Of a stretch of 32,000 bases of DNA, positions 9,885 to 19,255 are shown one piece after another. This DNA comes from Candidatus Electrothrix yaqonensis (lineage in GTDB: Bacteria; Desulfobacterota; Desulfobulbia; Desulfobulbales; Desulfobulbaceae). The position numbers and the translations under genes were made by a program. Below the pieces are notes generated by a model. That model was given only the letters and a program-made list of their open reading frames with translations, made no database searches and was not told the DNA's origin. The stretch spans positions 2,640,001-2,672,000 of the forward strand of contig CP178758.1 in NCBI GenBank assembly GCA_047651235.1, in the 5' to 3' direction. Each line of letters opens with the position of its first letter. Positions within the stretch are counted from its first letter, which is position 1.

Positions 9885-11486
9885 TTACAATGCCTGCTGG
9901 TAAAGTTCGAGATATTCCTCCATCACTTGCTGCCAGGTATGATGGGTGCGGATGCGCTGCACAGCAGCCCGACGGATGGTTGTCAGCTGTTCCGGTGCAT
10001 CCCGATACAGGCCCAGAACCCAGCGTATGATTCCGGCAAGGGCCTCCGGCGTATGTTCCTGATAGGCAAACCCGGTTTCCCCGTTCCGCACTTTAACCAG
10101 ACCGCCCACATGCCGGACAAGGGGAATATTGCCGAGCAGCTGGGCAATATAATCTGTCAGGCCGCAGGGTTCATACAGGGAGGGGATGAGAAAAAAATCT
10201 CCGGCTGCATAGATCTTTGTGGCCAGCATGGGATCATACCCCTGGAGAAAACAGAGCCGTCCGTTCAGGCTGTCGTCATCAGCCAGTTCCCGGAGCTGGG
10301 CTTCCAAGTATTTTTCACCGCTGCCGAGCAGGAGCAGCTGCAACCCGTGTTCCCCCTCTGCGGCAAGCAGGGACACGGCCCGGAGCAGGATATCCACGCC
10401 TTTCTGGGCTGTGAGTCGGCCGATAAAGGTGAACAGGGGCAGGGCCGGATCGCTGGTCAGGCTGCCGTGTTGCCTGACCAGGGGCCAGTCCCGGCACAAA
10501 CTGCACGCCGCCAGCATTTTTTCCTTGCAGATCCATTTGCCGCCAAGGTCGCCGGTTTCCGGGTTGAAAGCAGCGTCGGTGCCGAGTTTTTCCGGCTGCT
10601 GCGGATCAAAATCCTCCGGGTTGATGCCGTTGGTGATTCCGGCCAGTCTGACCTCTCTGCGCAGCAGTTCATGGCCCAGCCAGCCGGTCCTGCTGTCTTC
10701 AAGGCTTCCCTGCAGTTCACGGGCATAATTCTCACTTACCGTGTTCATCTGCGCGTATCCGGCCGCAGCAACAAAGGGATTGAAGGCGTTGTTGAACTGG
10801 CCGGAACGGATCAGGGCATCAGGCAGCCCTGTCACGGAACGGGCAAACCCCAGATCTTCCACCTCCTGATGATAGCCGATTCCGGCATTATGGATAGTCA
10901 CCACCGCACCAGTCTGACAGAAGAAATGCCGGTAGCCGCTCTGCTCCCGGATCATGGCTGGCAGAATCGCCGCATGACCGTCGTGGCAGTGGATGATATC
11001 CGGCCGCAGATCAAGGAGGATCAGCATGTCCAGGCATGCCTTCTGCAGGAGCACATTCATGGCAAAATAATCAAAATGCCCTGATCCGGCCTTCTGCCAG
11101 TCCTTTTCTGTCTCCTCCTCGGCCGTATAGGTATACACGGCTTTCTTTTCAGCAAATCTGGGCGAATCAAGCAGGTAGATGGTCAGGCCCCGATCCTCCT
11201 TCATCCAGATGGAAACAGGTTCCCGCCGCTCCCTAGACGGATAGTTCATGTCCACCGTAAAAACGGTGCCCCTTGAAGCCTCTTTGCGGGACGGCACCTG
11301 CAGCCGCTGAAATCCCAGCCCGACCGGATACATGAAGCCGTAGCAGGGCAGAATCACTTGCACATCACAGTGCGCCTGCCAAGCTAGGGCTTCTGCCAGC
11401 TGGCGGCAGACATCCTTGACCCCGCCTGCCCCGGCCAGCCCGTCGTATTCACGGGTGACCATCACGATGTTTCTGACCTTTTCCAC
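9885..11486 (-). CDS. glgA: Glycogen/starch synthase family glycosyltransferase (GT5-like)
   Basis: The N-terminal sugar-nucleotide loop reads LAGAGGVKDV. It has GT-B features (VTIHNAGIGYHQ, PSLYEPCGLTDYIAQLLG). It is longer than the classical GlgA. Confidence 0.8.
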   Translation of the reverse strand: MEKVRNIVMVTREYDGLAGAGGVKDVCRQLAEALAWQAHCDVQVILPCYGFMYPVGLGFQRLQVPSRKEASRGTVFTVDMNYPSRERREPVSIWMKEDRGLTIYLLDSPRFAEKKAVYTYTAEEETEKDWQKAGSGHFDYFAMNVLLQKACLDMLILLDLRPDIIHCHDGHAAILPAMIREQSGYRHFFCQTGAVVTIHNAGIGYHQEVEDLGFARSVTGLPDALIRSGQFNNAFNPFVAAAGYAQMNTVSENYARELQGSLEDSRTGWLGHELLRREVRLAGITNGINPEDFDPQQPEKLGTDAAFNPETGDLGGKWICKEKMLAACSLCRDWPLVRQHGSLTSDPALPLFTFIGRLTAQKGVDILLRAVSLLAAEGEHGLQLLLLGSGEKYLEAQLRELADDDSLNGRLCFLQGYDPMLATKIYAAGDFFLIPSLYEPCGLTDYIAQLLGNIPLVRHVGGLVKVRNGETGFAYQEHTPEALAGIIRWVLGLYRDAPEQLTTIRRAAVQRIRTHHTWQQVMEEYLELYQQAL

Positions 11487-11550
11487 GCTTTCTGTTTTCT
11501 GTCCTGATCGTTGCGCAGCACCGGGCTGCAGAGGGTGATTACGTTCCCGG

Positions 11551-12624
11551 TTAAATATTCCGGATCGCCTGCTGCCGGAGCAGATGATCTGCCAGGGTCA
11601 GGCGTACCATTGCCTCACAAACCGGAATAATTCGCGGAATAGCGGAGATATCGTGCCGACCGCCGACTTTGATGGTCACGGCTTCATTGTCCAAGTTGAC
11701 GGTCTGCTGTTCTTTGTGGATCGAGGGGATAGGCTTGACCGCTGCCCGGACGATCAGCTCCTCGCCGCTGCTGATTCCAGCCAGGATGCCGCCTGCGTTG
11801 TTGCTGCGGAAACCGTCCGGGGAAAGGGAATCGTTATGCTCGGAACCTAACATTGCTGCGGCCCTGAACCCGGCCCCGATTTCCACCCCCTTGACCGCAC
11901 CGATGGACATCAGGGCCCGGGCCAGCTCGGCATCCAGTTTGTCAAACACCGGCTCACCGAGTCCGGCCGGACAGGAGGCCCGCACCTCAACAATGCCGCC
12001 CAGGGTGTCGCCCTGACTGCGCACCTCATTGATCCGTTTCTCCATGCGTTCCGCTGCGGCAGCATCCGGGCAGAACAGGCTGTTTTCCTTGATCTGCTCA
12101 AAATCACGCTGTTCGGCAATCACCCCGCCGAGAGCAACTGTGTATGCCTGTACAGAAACAGCTTGGGCAGCGAGCAGCTGTTTGGCCACTGCTCCGGCAG
12201 CTACCCGTGCTGCGGTTTCACGGGCCGAAGCCCGGCCGCCGCCCCGGTGATCCCGAATGCCGTATTTGGCCTGATAGGTGAGGTCGCCGTGTCCTGGTCG
12301 GAAGACATCCTGCAGATGGCTGTAGGATTTGGAATGGGCGTCTTTGTTGAAGATGACCAGAGAGATCGGGCTACCTGTGGTCAGGGGACAGGGGCTGTCC
12401 TCCGGCTGAAAGATGCCGGACATGATCTCCACCTTGTCCGGCTCCTTGCGCGGTGAGGTAGCGCCGCCTTTGCCCGGACGCCGGCGTTCCAGTTCCTGCT
12501 GGATCATTTGCGGAGTCAATTCGATGCCCGGCGGGCAGCCGTCAATCACGGCACCCAGAGCGGTGCCGTGGGATTCTCCCCAGGTTGTCACCCTGAAGAG
12601 CTTGCCGAATGTGCTTCCTGCCAT
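11551..12624 (-). CDS. aroC: Chorismate synthase
   Basis: [11 protein letters not shown], the [19 protein letters not shown] signature, and full-length similarity to AroC. Confidence 0.95.
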   Translation of the reverse strand: MAGSTFGKLFRVTTWGESHGTALGAVIDGCPPGIELTPQMIQQELERRRPGKGGATSPRKEPDKVEIMSGIFQPEDSPCPLTTGSPISLVIFNKDAHSKSYSHLQDVFRPGHGDLTYQAKYGIRDHRGGGRASARETAARVAAGAVAKQLLAAQAVSVQAYTVALGGVIAEQRDFEQIKENSLFCPDAAAAERMEKRINEVRSQGDTLGGIVEVRASCPAGLGEPVFDKLDAELARALMSIGAVKGVEIGAGFRAAAMLGSEHNDSLSPDGFRSNNAGGILAGISSGEELIVRAAVKPIPSIHKEQQTVNLDNEAVTIKVGGRHDISAIPRIIPVCEAMVRLTLADHLLRQQAIRNI

Positions 12625-12886
12625 AAGAGATACTCCTATCGCCTGCAGATGTTCATGTTCAGGACCAGCGGATGCGGTGTCCGAGACCGTTTTTTCCGCA
12701 TTGCCGGTCAGCCGGTCGGATGCCGCCGCCGGTTATGTATTTAATCCGTTTTCCGAATGATGACAAGGAATTTGAACAGGATCGGAATTGATCAGTCAGG
12801 AGAGGGGGATAGGAGAGGGTTTATTTTTTCTGTGAGCAACAGTTCTTTATATCAAGATATTCGGTGGATTGACTGGAGGCGCATAG

Positions 12887-12917
12887 AAAAGCCGCTTCCG
12901 TTTTGCTGAGAAGCGGC
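12887..12917 (-). terminator. Rho-independent terminator downstream of the beta-barrel gene remnant
   Basis: An 8-bp stem pairs GCCGCTTC (12891-12898) with GAAGCGGC (12910-12917). The minus-strand reading is followed by UUUUCU. Confidence 0.55.
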
Positions 12918-12953
12918 CTTGTTTGCCTGGTTAGTGAGCAGACGGAGCAACAA

Positions 12954-13649
12954 TTAAAAACCATAAGAAACCATAGCAAGAAGCCCCAGCTGACTTGTCT
13001 CTTTGTAGCGCACTGCGGTTTCACCTGACGGGAGAGGTCTGTTTTCCTCAATGCCGTCACCCAGAATTCTGACTGAAGGGTCCACGACAACGCCAAGTCC
13101 AATATTGAAGCTGTCCGTGCTTTGATTAGTTCTTCTGAAACCAAGCATTACTCCGGCACCGATATATTCAATAATCTCATTGGATCCGTTTTGGATACCG
13201 ACGAACGGTCCGATACCAAAATTGCCCCGTTCATGATCAAGATATCGGACAACTCTTTTAATGCGAATTAGGAGTTGAATTATCCGGTCTCAGCAAAAAA
13301 CAGATAGTTACAGAAAATCCGTTCCGATTTTGCAGAATCTGGCAGTTTTATCCTTTTGATTTTGCGTCATAGATTTTAACCCCTAATTCGCATTTTTACC
13401 AAATACCTTTTTGGGATCTGGAGTAAAGAAATAATGAGTTTCCAGCATGATTCTCGGAACATCGTTGTTTTCTTTTGTCACCCGGACAACACCATTAACG
13501 ACATCCGCACTTTCAACTCGATCATTATCACCGTGATACCATTGAAACCGCAAGCGTCTATTACGCGAGAGTCGTGCAGGAACCGCTTGCATGGCCCGGC
13601 ATGGCCTGGACAAGTCCGATCTGGATTGACGTGCAGGGATGAGCAGCAT
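12954..13649 (-). pseudogene. Outer-membrane beta-barrel protein gene remnant, split by a small insertion and lacking an N-terminus
   Basis: The C-terminal sequence ...GLLAMVSYGF ends in the aromatic residue typical of OMP barrels. An alternating pattern is visible (FGIGPFVGIQ, FNIGLGVVV). The two ORF pieces (13383-13649 and 12954-13259) are in the same frame. They are separated by an element that carries stop codons. No signal peptide is present, and an in-frame stop lies at 13653-13655. Confidence 0.55.
13260..13394. mobile_element. MITE-like 135-bp insert with 13-bp terminal inverted repeats and a TTT target duplication
   Basis: AATGCGAATTAGG (13260-13272) is the exact reverse complement of CCTAATTCGCATT (13382-13394). 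TTT flanks both sides (13257-13259 and 13395-13397). Conceptual excision rejoins ...KKVFGK|RVVRYLDHERG... in frame. Confidence 0.5.
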
Positions 13650-13781
13650 ATTTTAAGAAATTCAGCATTATATAACTGAACTTGAAGTGCGGAAAGAAAA
13701 GACTCATTTTTATTCCGATGGATACAGCATAAGGAGGAATCATGCCCTTGGAAATCCTGAGTTTTGCCAAACCTGCATGGA

Positions 13782-14336
13782 TCAAACCGCTCTGGAAGCA
13801 GCCTGATTCTTGCTGCTGCTCTCATGCAATCTCTGGCAAACTACTCCTGTCTCACTAGGTGCCTTCTCTACAGCTTCCTGTTCACGTGTTCGTTCACTCC
13901 CAAACAGGTAACCAGCTATGCCACCCAAAACGCCTGTTGCGGCTGTCATTGCTTCTGTGCTAGCTGCTGAGGTAACGACAAATAAAGTAGCCTGAACAAC
14001 AAGAATAAGCCCTATAAGATTTACAGCTTTTCCTGTCGAGTGACTTGGTATTTTATACAGAAAATGAAGTGCAATAAACATGATAATCGGGGTAACTATA
14101 AAAATACCTATCATGAGTTGTATCCGATAGGATACTGCGGATTGAGCAGCTTTCTGTACTTCTTTTTTCTTATCTGCCAATTTTGCTGCTTCGCGAGCTC
14201 CGTCCTCAGCATCAGTCAGCAGAGCATCAACAGTCGCACTCTCGCCCGTCGCCTCACCTGCAGATAGCTGTCCAACAAACGAGAACAAATATAAAGAGAA
14301 AACAGCAAGACATAATAACATAAGCGTTCTTTTCAT
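13782..14336 (-). CDS. Hypothetical membrane protein (signal peptide plus about 3 TM helices)
   Basis: MKRTLMLLCLAVFSLYLFSFVGQLSA, followed by hydrophobic helices (IQLMIGIFIVTPIIMFIALHFLY, LIGLILVVQATLFVV, GVLGGIAGYLFG). The ATG at 14336 overlaps the upstream stop (ATGA coupling). The region is AT-richer than the backbone. Confidence 0.6.
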   Translation of the reverse strand: MKRTLMLLCLAVFSLYLFSFVGQLSAGEATGESATVDALLTDAEDGAREAAKLADKKKEVQKAAQSAVSYRIQLMIGIFIVTPIIMFIALHFLYKIPSHSTGKAVNLIGLILVVQATLFVVTSAASTEAMTAATGVLGGIAGYLFGSERTREQEAVEKAPSETGVVCQRLHESSSKNQAASRAV

Positions 14337-14653
14337 TGCACCTCTCCCTTGCACTTATTATCAAACTTTTTATTTGCGATATCAATCAGTCTCTTGTAGA
14401 AGCCAGATTTGTCTTGGTCACTCTCGGCTACAATTTTTTCCTTAAAGGCAGCCTCAGCCGCTTTTAATACTTTACAGCTCATCCCATCCATCTTGGCTCC
14501 AATCTTCTCGACCTTTTTCTCTATCTCTTCTGCGAGCTCTGCAGAATTCTCCTGATTGGAGCTCGCCCCAAAGTCTATAAGAGGTGCACTGTATGAGCTG
14601 TTTGCAGAACAAACAATCAGCGACATAAGAAACAGCAAGGTTAAACACTTCAT
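14333..14653 (-). CDS. Hypothetical small secreted helical protein
   Basis: Signal peptide MKCLTLLFLMSLIVCSANS, then a charged helical body. It is translationally coupled to the downstream membrane protein. Confidence 0.6.
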   Translation of the reverse strand: MKCLTLLFLMSLIVCSANSSYSAPLIDFGASSNQENSAELAEEIEKKVEKIGAKMDGMSCKVLKAAEAAFKEKIVAESDQDKSGFYKRLIDIANKKFDNKCKGEVQ

Positions 14654-15103
14654 ATCTATCCTCCTTTTTATCTTTTTTTAAAGAAAATGATATCCGACAA
14701 CCTGAGCACAACAAAATCAAAGTCTTCCTTTGTGCATCATCGGATATTCTCTGTTTATAACGGATTCTGTTGATACCCAGATTTTCCATTCATAGGCAGA
14801 TACGAGCAATTTGCCTTCCCTTTTCTTTCTTCACAATTTTTGCTGTATACTCTGCAACGGTAAGAAAGAAATCAACAGGCACTTTCCTGTCAGAGCTTGT
14901 TATTTTCTGCCTGTTTAAAATAAATAGTATCACACGTTGTGTGTACAAAGCAAATAAAAAATATTATCACTTGATAAAAAATAATCAATATCATGAAAAG
15001 ATTTGGATAAAAATCAGACAAAGTTCGGTACAATAGCTGAACTTCACGATGAGTAAATTTTCCCTGCTGATGAAATAACAAATTTGAGATACTGTATTCT
15101 GTT

Positions 15104-16256
15104 GTGCATTTCTTCCTTATTGTCAGTATTGTCCTGCTCTTCATGCATTTCTATCTCTGGCTGCGGCTGGTCAGAGACCCACAGTTCAGTCCCGGCGTAA
15201 AAAAAATCGGCACGTGGACAGTTGTTCTGCTGTATTTTTCTTTTCCTGTGTCCGGGTTCCTCGTACGACAGCTGCCGTTCCGCTCTTCCTTCCCAATCTC
15301 CTGGCTGGTGTATCTCTGGCTTGGCAGCCTGACTCTATTTTTCTTTCTTTTTCTGTTCACAGACTGCCTGAAAATTCTCTATCATACAATCCGCTGCCTT
15401 CTGCCTGGCACTCGAAGCCTCCCTGATCCGGAGCGGAGACGCTTTCTGGCCCGTACCTTTGCCGCCTCTGCTTCGGTTCTGGTTTTTGGAACTTCAGCTT
15501 TCGGGGTCAAACAATGTTATACTTCTGCCCGGGTCAACCGTTTCAGGATCAGGCTGAGGGAGCTGCCTCATGTGTTCAGGGGCTTTACGATTGTGCAGAT
15601 TTCCGATATTCATATCGGTGAAATGCTGCGGGCAGGTGATCTTGCGGAGATTGTCGGCCAAGTGAACCGGCTGCGGCCGGATCTTATTGCCATCACCGGC
15701 GATCTGGTTGACGGCGATGTGACCCTGCTCCGTGACGAAATTGCTCCTCTGCGGGAACTCAGAACAAAACAGGGCATCTTTTTTGTGACCGGCAATCATG
15801 AATACTACAGCGGCGTGGACCAGTGGCTGCCGGAGATCGAAAAAATGGGCATCACGGTACCGAAATACCAGGGTGGAAATCCGCAGAGGAGGAGCGTCGT
15901 TTATCCTGGCCGGAGTCAACGATCACTCTGCCGGGCGGTTCGGCCGCAGACACGCACCGGATTACGCCCGGGCCTTGCAGGGCATTGAACAGGGCAAAAA
16001 GATTATCCTGCTGGCGCATCAGCCTGTTGCCGTGAGGAAAGCTGCCACCTACGGAGTGGATCTCCAGCTTTCAGGCCATATGCACGGGGGGCAGATATGG
16101 CCCTTCAGTTATCTGGTCTATCTGCAGCAGCCCTTTTGCAAGGGATTCTACCGGCATGGGGAGACCTTGGTGTACGTCAACCAGGGAACAGGCTGCTGGG
16201 GACCGCCCATGCGGGTGGGAACCTATAACGAAATTACCGAATTCGTGCTGAGCTGA
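15104..16256 (+). pseudogene. Membrane-anchored metallophosphoesterase (YkuE/YaeI-like) with a +1 frame break near 15857-15861
   Basis: N-terminal TM helices are followed by motifs ISDIHIG, GDLVDG and GNHE in frame 1. The motifs LAGVNDH, GHMHGGQ and NQGTGCWGPPMR continue in the next frame (ORF 15798-16256). The junction reads ...EKMGITV / RNTRVEIRRGGASF. Confidence 0.8.
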
Positions 16257-16304
16257 ATTCAGAACGAATTTTTCAGACGAATTTTTACGAAAATACAGGA
16301 GATC

Positions 16305-16730
16305 ATGAAACACCCAATGCAACAGCCTTCTTTATCTGATATCTTCACCTGCACCCGCTGCGGCCACTGCTGTCAGGGGGAAACCACGGTCTCTCTTGAT
16401 CAGGAGGATCAGGAACGGATGATTGCCGAGCTGGGCCTGTCCCGGCAGGAGGTCAAAGCCAGATACTGGCGGGTTACCGGCAAAGTGGTGCAGATGAAAA
16501 TCGTTGATCATCACTGCATTTTTTACACCAAAGACACCGGCTGCACAGTGCATGAAGGCCGCCCCTGGCGGTGCGGGCAATGGCCCCTGCATCCGAGTAT
16601 TCTGGCGGATGAAAACAACTTCCGCATTATCCGGGATTCCTGTCCCGGTATCAACCGGGAATTGAGCTATGAAGCATTCTGTGCCATTTTCAGGCAGCTT
16701 CTGGAGCAAGAAAAACAGCTTGTCTGCTGA
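16305..16730 (+). CDS. YkgJ-family cysteine-cluster protein (UPF0153)
   Basis: CTRCGHCC (a CxxCxxCC motif), plus downstream HHCIF...GCTVHEGRPWRCGQWP. Confidence 0.8.
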   Translation: MKHPMQQPSLSDIFTCTRCGHCCQGETTVSLDQEDQERMIAELGLSRQEVKARYWRVTGKVVQMKIVDHHCIFYTKDTGCTVHEGRPWRCGQWPLHPSILADENNFRIIRDSCPGINRELSYEAFCAIFRQLLEQEKQLVC

Positions 16731-16962
16731 ACAGGCAACCAATTGGCAGTAAACTGATGGAGTTAAGCTGTTAATTTTATATCCCCTTGATCTTGTTCAA
16801 CTGATGGGTTATATCTTGTACAAGCAGACTTGTTGCAATAAATATAATTCTCTTTTTTCAGCTACATAACGCCTGCAAAAGATTGAATCCGTTTCCCGTC
16901 AAACAAAGTCTCTCATGTCCTCTAAGGATCTCCCCATTAAATAACCTAAAGGATTATTTCAC

Positions 16963-18804
16963 ATGATTACAGCCATCCTCACCCTCATCGTCGGGCTTTG
17001 CCTTATTGTCGCAGTGCCAAGTTATCTCTCGCAAAAAGGTCCATCACTGAAAGGACTTGCAAGCATAGCAAGAGGTGCGGGCGCACTGATTATGCTCTTC
17101 GGGGTTGCAAGCATCTCCTTTGTCCATATTTCACAGAATCAAACCGGTCTCCTGCATAGAATTTATCTGGCTGATCCGCTTCCTGAAGGACGTATCATCG
17201 CAATGAAGGGAGAAAAGGGGCCGCAGAGCTGGGTCCTGGGCCCAGGGTTTCACTTTATCCCTTTCCTCAACGTCTTATACGATGTTTCAGAGGGCGATGT
17301 GGTGGAAGTGCCTCAGGGAAAAATAGCAATCCTCCATGCCCGCGACGGTGCCTCCCTGCGTTCCGGCCAGCGTTTTGCCGATCCTTTTACCGCCTTGATG
17401 GAAAAAGGAACCGATAAACCTGTTGACCAGGGAACGATGCTCACCGATGCGGCCTATTTCATCCGGAACGGCGGGCAGCGCGGACAGCAGACCACAGTAC
17501 TAAAACCGGGTGCCTATCGTATGAACCTCTTTCTCTGGAAATACAGACTGACCACAGCGACCGATATTCCGCAGGGATTTGTCGGCGTGGTGAAATCAAA
17601 CATGCATGCACCGGTTCGTTTTGCAGGCAGTCATTTTTCCGACGGCCCAAAACCGGAGGACTGTAATCCTTTAAAGCTTGACCGACCAGAGGATTCTTTA
17701 AAGACACCTCTGGTCCCGGTGGGCTGCATAGGTATTTGGGAAAAAACCTTGGTGCCCGGGAACTATTTTGTCAACCCAGAGGTCTACGTTGTTACTCTGG
17801 TCGATACCCGAGCCCAAGCATGGCTGTACAAGGGCGGGTATAAGCACCGGGTCATTGATGTAAAACTGAATGCCGACGGACAATTCGATCAAAGTGAACG
17901 CTCGTATGAGGTGGCGGTTCCCGAGGGGGCTGCCGACGAAGCCATTGCCATGAAGGCCGAAGGCTGGCGTATGCGTCAGGCAGCACGGGCCGTTGTTCGT
18001 ATCGCTCCGACTGACGCCTCCTTTGTGGTCGCTTCCGTGGGCGGACTTACCGAGGCCGAGGACAGGATCATTACCCCGGCAATCCAAGCATGGCTCACCA
18101 CGCTGGCCGGCGGTTCCATTCAAGTCCCCAGTGACGACGGAGCAACGAGTGATCGACCTACACGTGTCCTTGATTTTATGGAACATCGTGACCTCATCAG
18201 TGACCAGCTGGAACAGGTGCTCAAGAGAGAAGGGGCTAAAGCTGGCGTAACGGTCAAAGAAGTCCGCCTGCTGGAGCCCTATTTCCCGCCTGAACTCCTG
18301 CTCCCCCGTAAGCGTCAGCAGCTCGCTAATGCGCTGGTTAAATCCTTCATAGACGAACGCAAGGCACAGCGTGAACGCATTGAAACCGAACGTGAACGAG
18401 CCACGGCAAACGAGCAGTCCCACTTGGTCAAAGCGCAGATTGAGAAGCAACGGAAGCAACAGCTTGCTGATGCGGCAATCGAAGAGGGCCGAGGTGTGAA
18501 GGGAAATATGCTCCTGACTGCGGAAGGTCAGCTGGCCCAGGCGGAAGTGCTCGGGCAGGATCGGGTTATGCAGCTCCAGATGCTGGATCGTCTCCTCGGC
18601 TATTTTGATCGCCACCCTGAGGTGCTGACGGCAATGGCAACCCAGGCCCATAAGTTTGTCCCGCAGGTCCAGGTAACTTCCGGTGAAGGAGGAGGATTGA
18701 ACCTCACCAGTGCGGCTGCGGTGCTAGGTGGGATTCTGGGGCAGGATGATTCGCCCAAACCTGCAGCGACAAAAAGAAAAGAGGAACCTGTGGCTAGCCG
18801 GTAG
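16963..18804 (+). CDS. SPFH/band-7 (flotillin-like) membrane protein
   Basis: Two N-terminal TM helices and an SPFH-like core ([30 protein letters not shown]). A long charged coiled-coil tail ([36 protein letters not shown]) resembles flotillin/YqiK. Confidence 0.65.
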   Translation: MITAILTLIVGLCLIVAVPSYLSQKGPSLKGLASIARGAGALIMLFGVASISFVHISQNQTGLLHRIYLADPLPEGRIIAMKGEKGPQSWVLGPGFHFIPFLNVLYDVSEGDVVEVPQGKIAILHARDGASLRSGQRFADPFTALMEKGTDKPVDQGTMLTDAAYFIRNGGQRGQQTTVLKPGAYRMNLFLWKYRLTTATDIPQGFVGVVKSNMHAPVRFAGSHFSDGPKPEDCNPLKLDRPEDSLKTPLVPVGCIGIWEKTLVPGNYFVNPEVYVVTLVDTRAQAWLYKGGYKHRVIDVKLNADGQFDQSERSYEVAVPEGAADEAIAMKAEGWRMRQAARAVVRIAPTDASFVVASVGGLTEAEDRIITPAIQAWLTTLAGGSIQVPSDDGATSDRPTRVLDFMEHRDLISDQLEQVLKREGAKAGVTVKEVRLLEPYFPPELLLPRKRQQLANALVKSFIDERKAQRERIETERERATANEQSHLVKAQIEKQRKQQLADAAIEEGRGVKGNMLLTAEGQLAQAEVLGQDRVMQLQMLDRLLGYFDRHPEVLTAMATQAHKFVPQVQVTSGEGGGLNLTSAAAVLGGILGQDDSPKPAATKRKEEPVASR

Positions 18805-18852
18805 GCCTGCCGGAATAAAACGAAAACAGACTGCTCGTTTATCCAAACGCTC

Positions 18853-19140
18853 TGCCACCCGATAACCCGCCCTGACCATCTTGCTCAGGTAGCCGGAAAC
18901 CGCATGATAGGGCACCCCGCACATGGGCACCTGGTTTTCATCGCCCTTGTTGCGGGAGGTCAGGGTGATACCCAGCACCCGCGAGGCGGTCTCGGCATCC
19001 TCAAAGAACATCTCGTAAAAGTCGCCCATCCTATAAAAGAGGATGGTGCCGGGGTGCTGCTCCTTGATCTCCAGGTACTGGCGGAGCATGGGGGTCATCT
19101 TGGGGGTGCCGGATGCGGCTGTGTTGATCTTGGCGGACAC
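18853..19140 (-). pseudogene. mutS: mutS 5' fragment (mismatch-binding domain I only, about 96 codons)
   Basis: [48 protein letters not shown]...[26 protein letters not shown] is the canonical MutS N-terminus. After GYRVA the expected ICEQ motif is missing. The frame then runs through unrelated sequence to a stop at 18724. Confidence 0.85.
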
Positions 19141-19255
19141 GATACTGGGACTCTTCGGTTGTAATTAACTGGGTGAAACAGGACTGAACGATTTGATCCG
19201 AAAGAGTAGAGGGCGGCTTTGCTTTTGTCAAGAAGATGAAGCTCACCGGTGCGTT

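Noticed and set aside
13742-13858. 38-codon plus-strand ORF (MPLEILSFAKPAWIKPLWKQPDSCCCSH...) with a very good AAGGAGG-ATG context.
   Set aside because: It overlaps the 3' end of the minus-strand membrane-protein gene and has no recognisable features. A strong SD alone is not enough. It might merit a Ribo-seq look but is not reported as a gene.
19142-19158. ATACTGGGACTCTTCGG downstream of the ROCO stop resembles part of the upstream repeat unit (ATACTGTTGACTCGG). This hints that repeat copies flank the gene.
   Set aside because: The match needs a gap and covers only about 11 identical bases. That is too weak to separate from chance without a statistical alignment.
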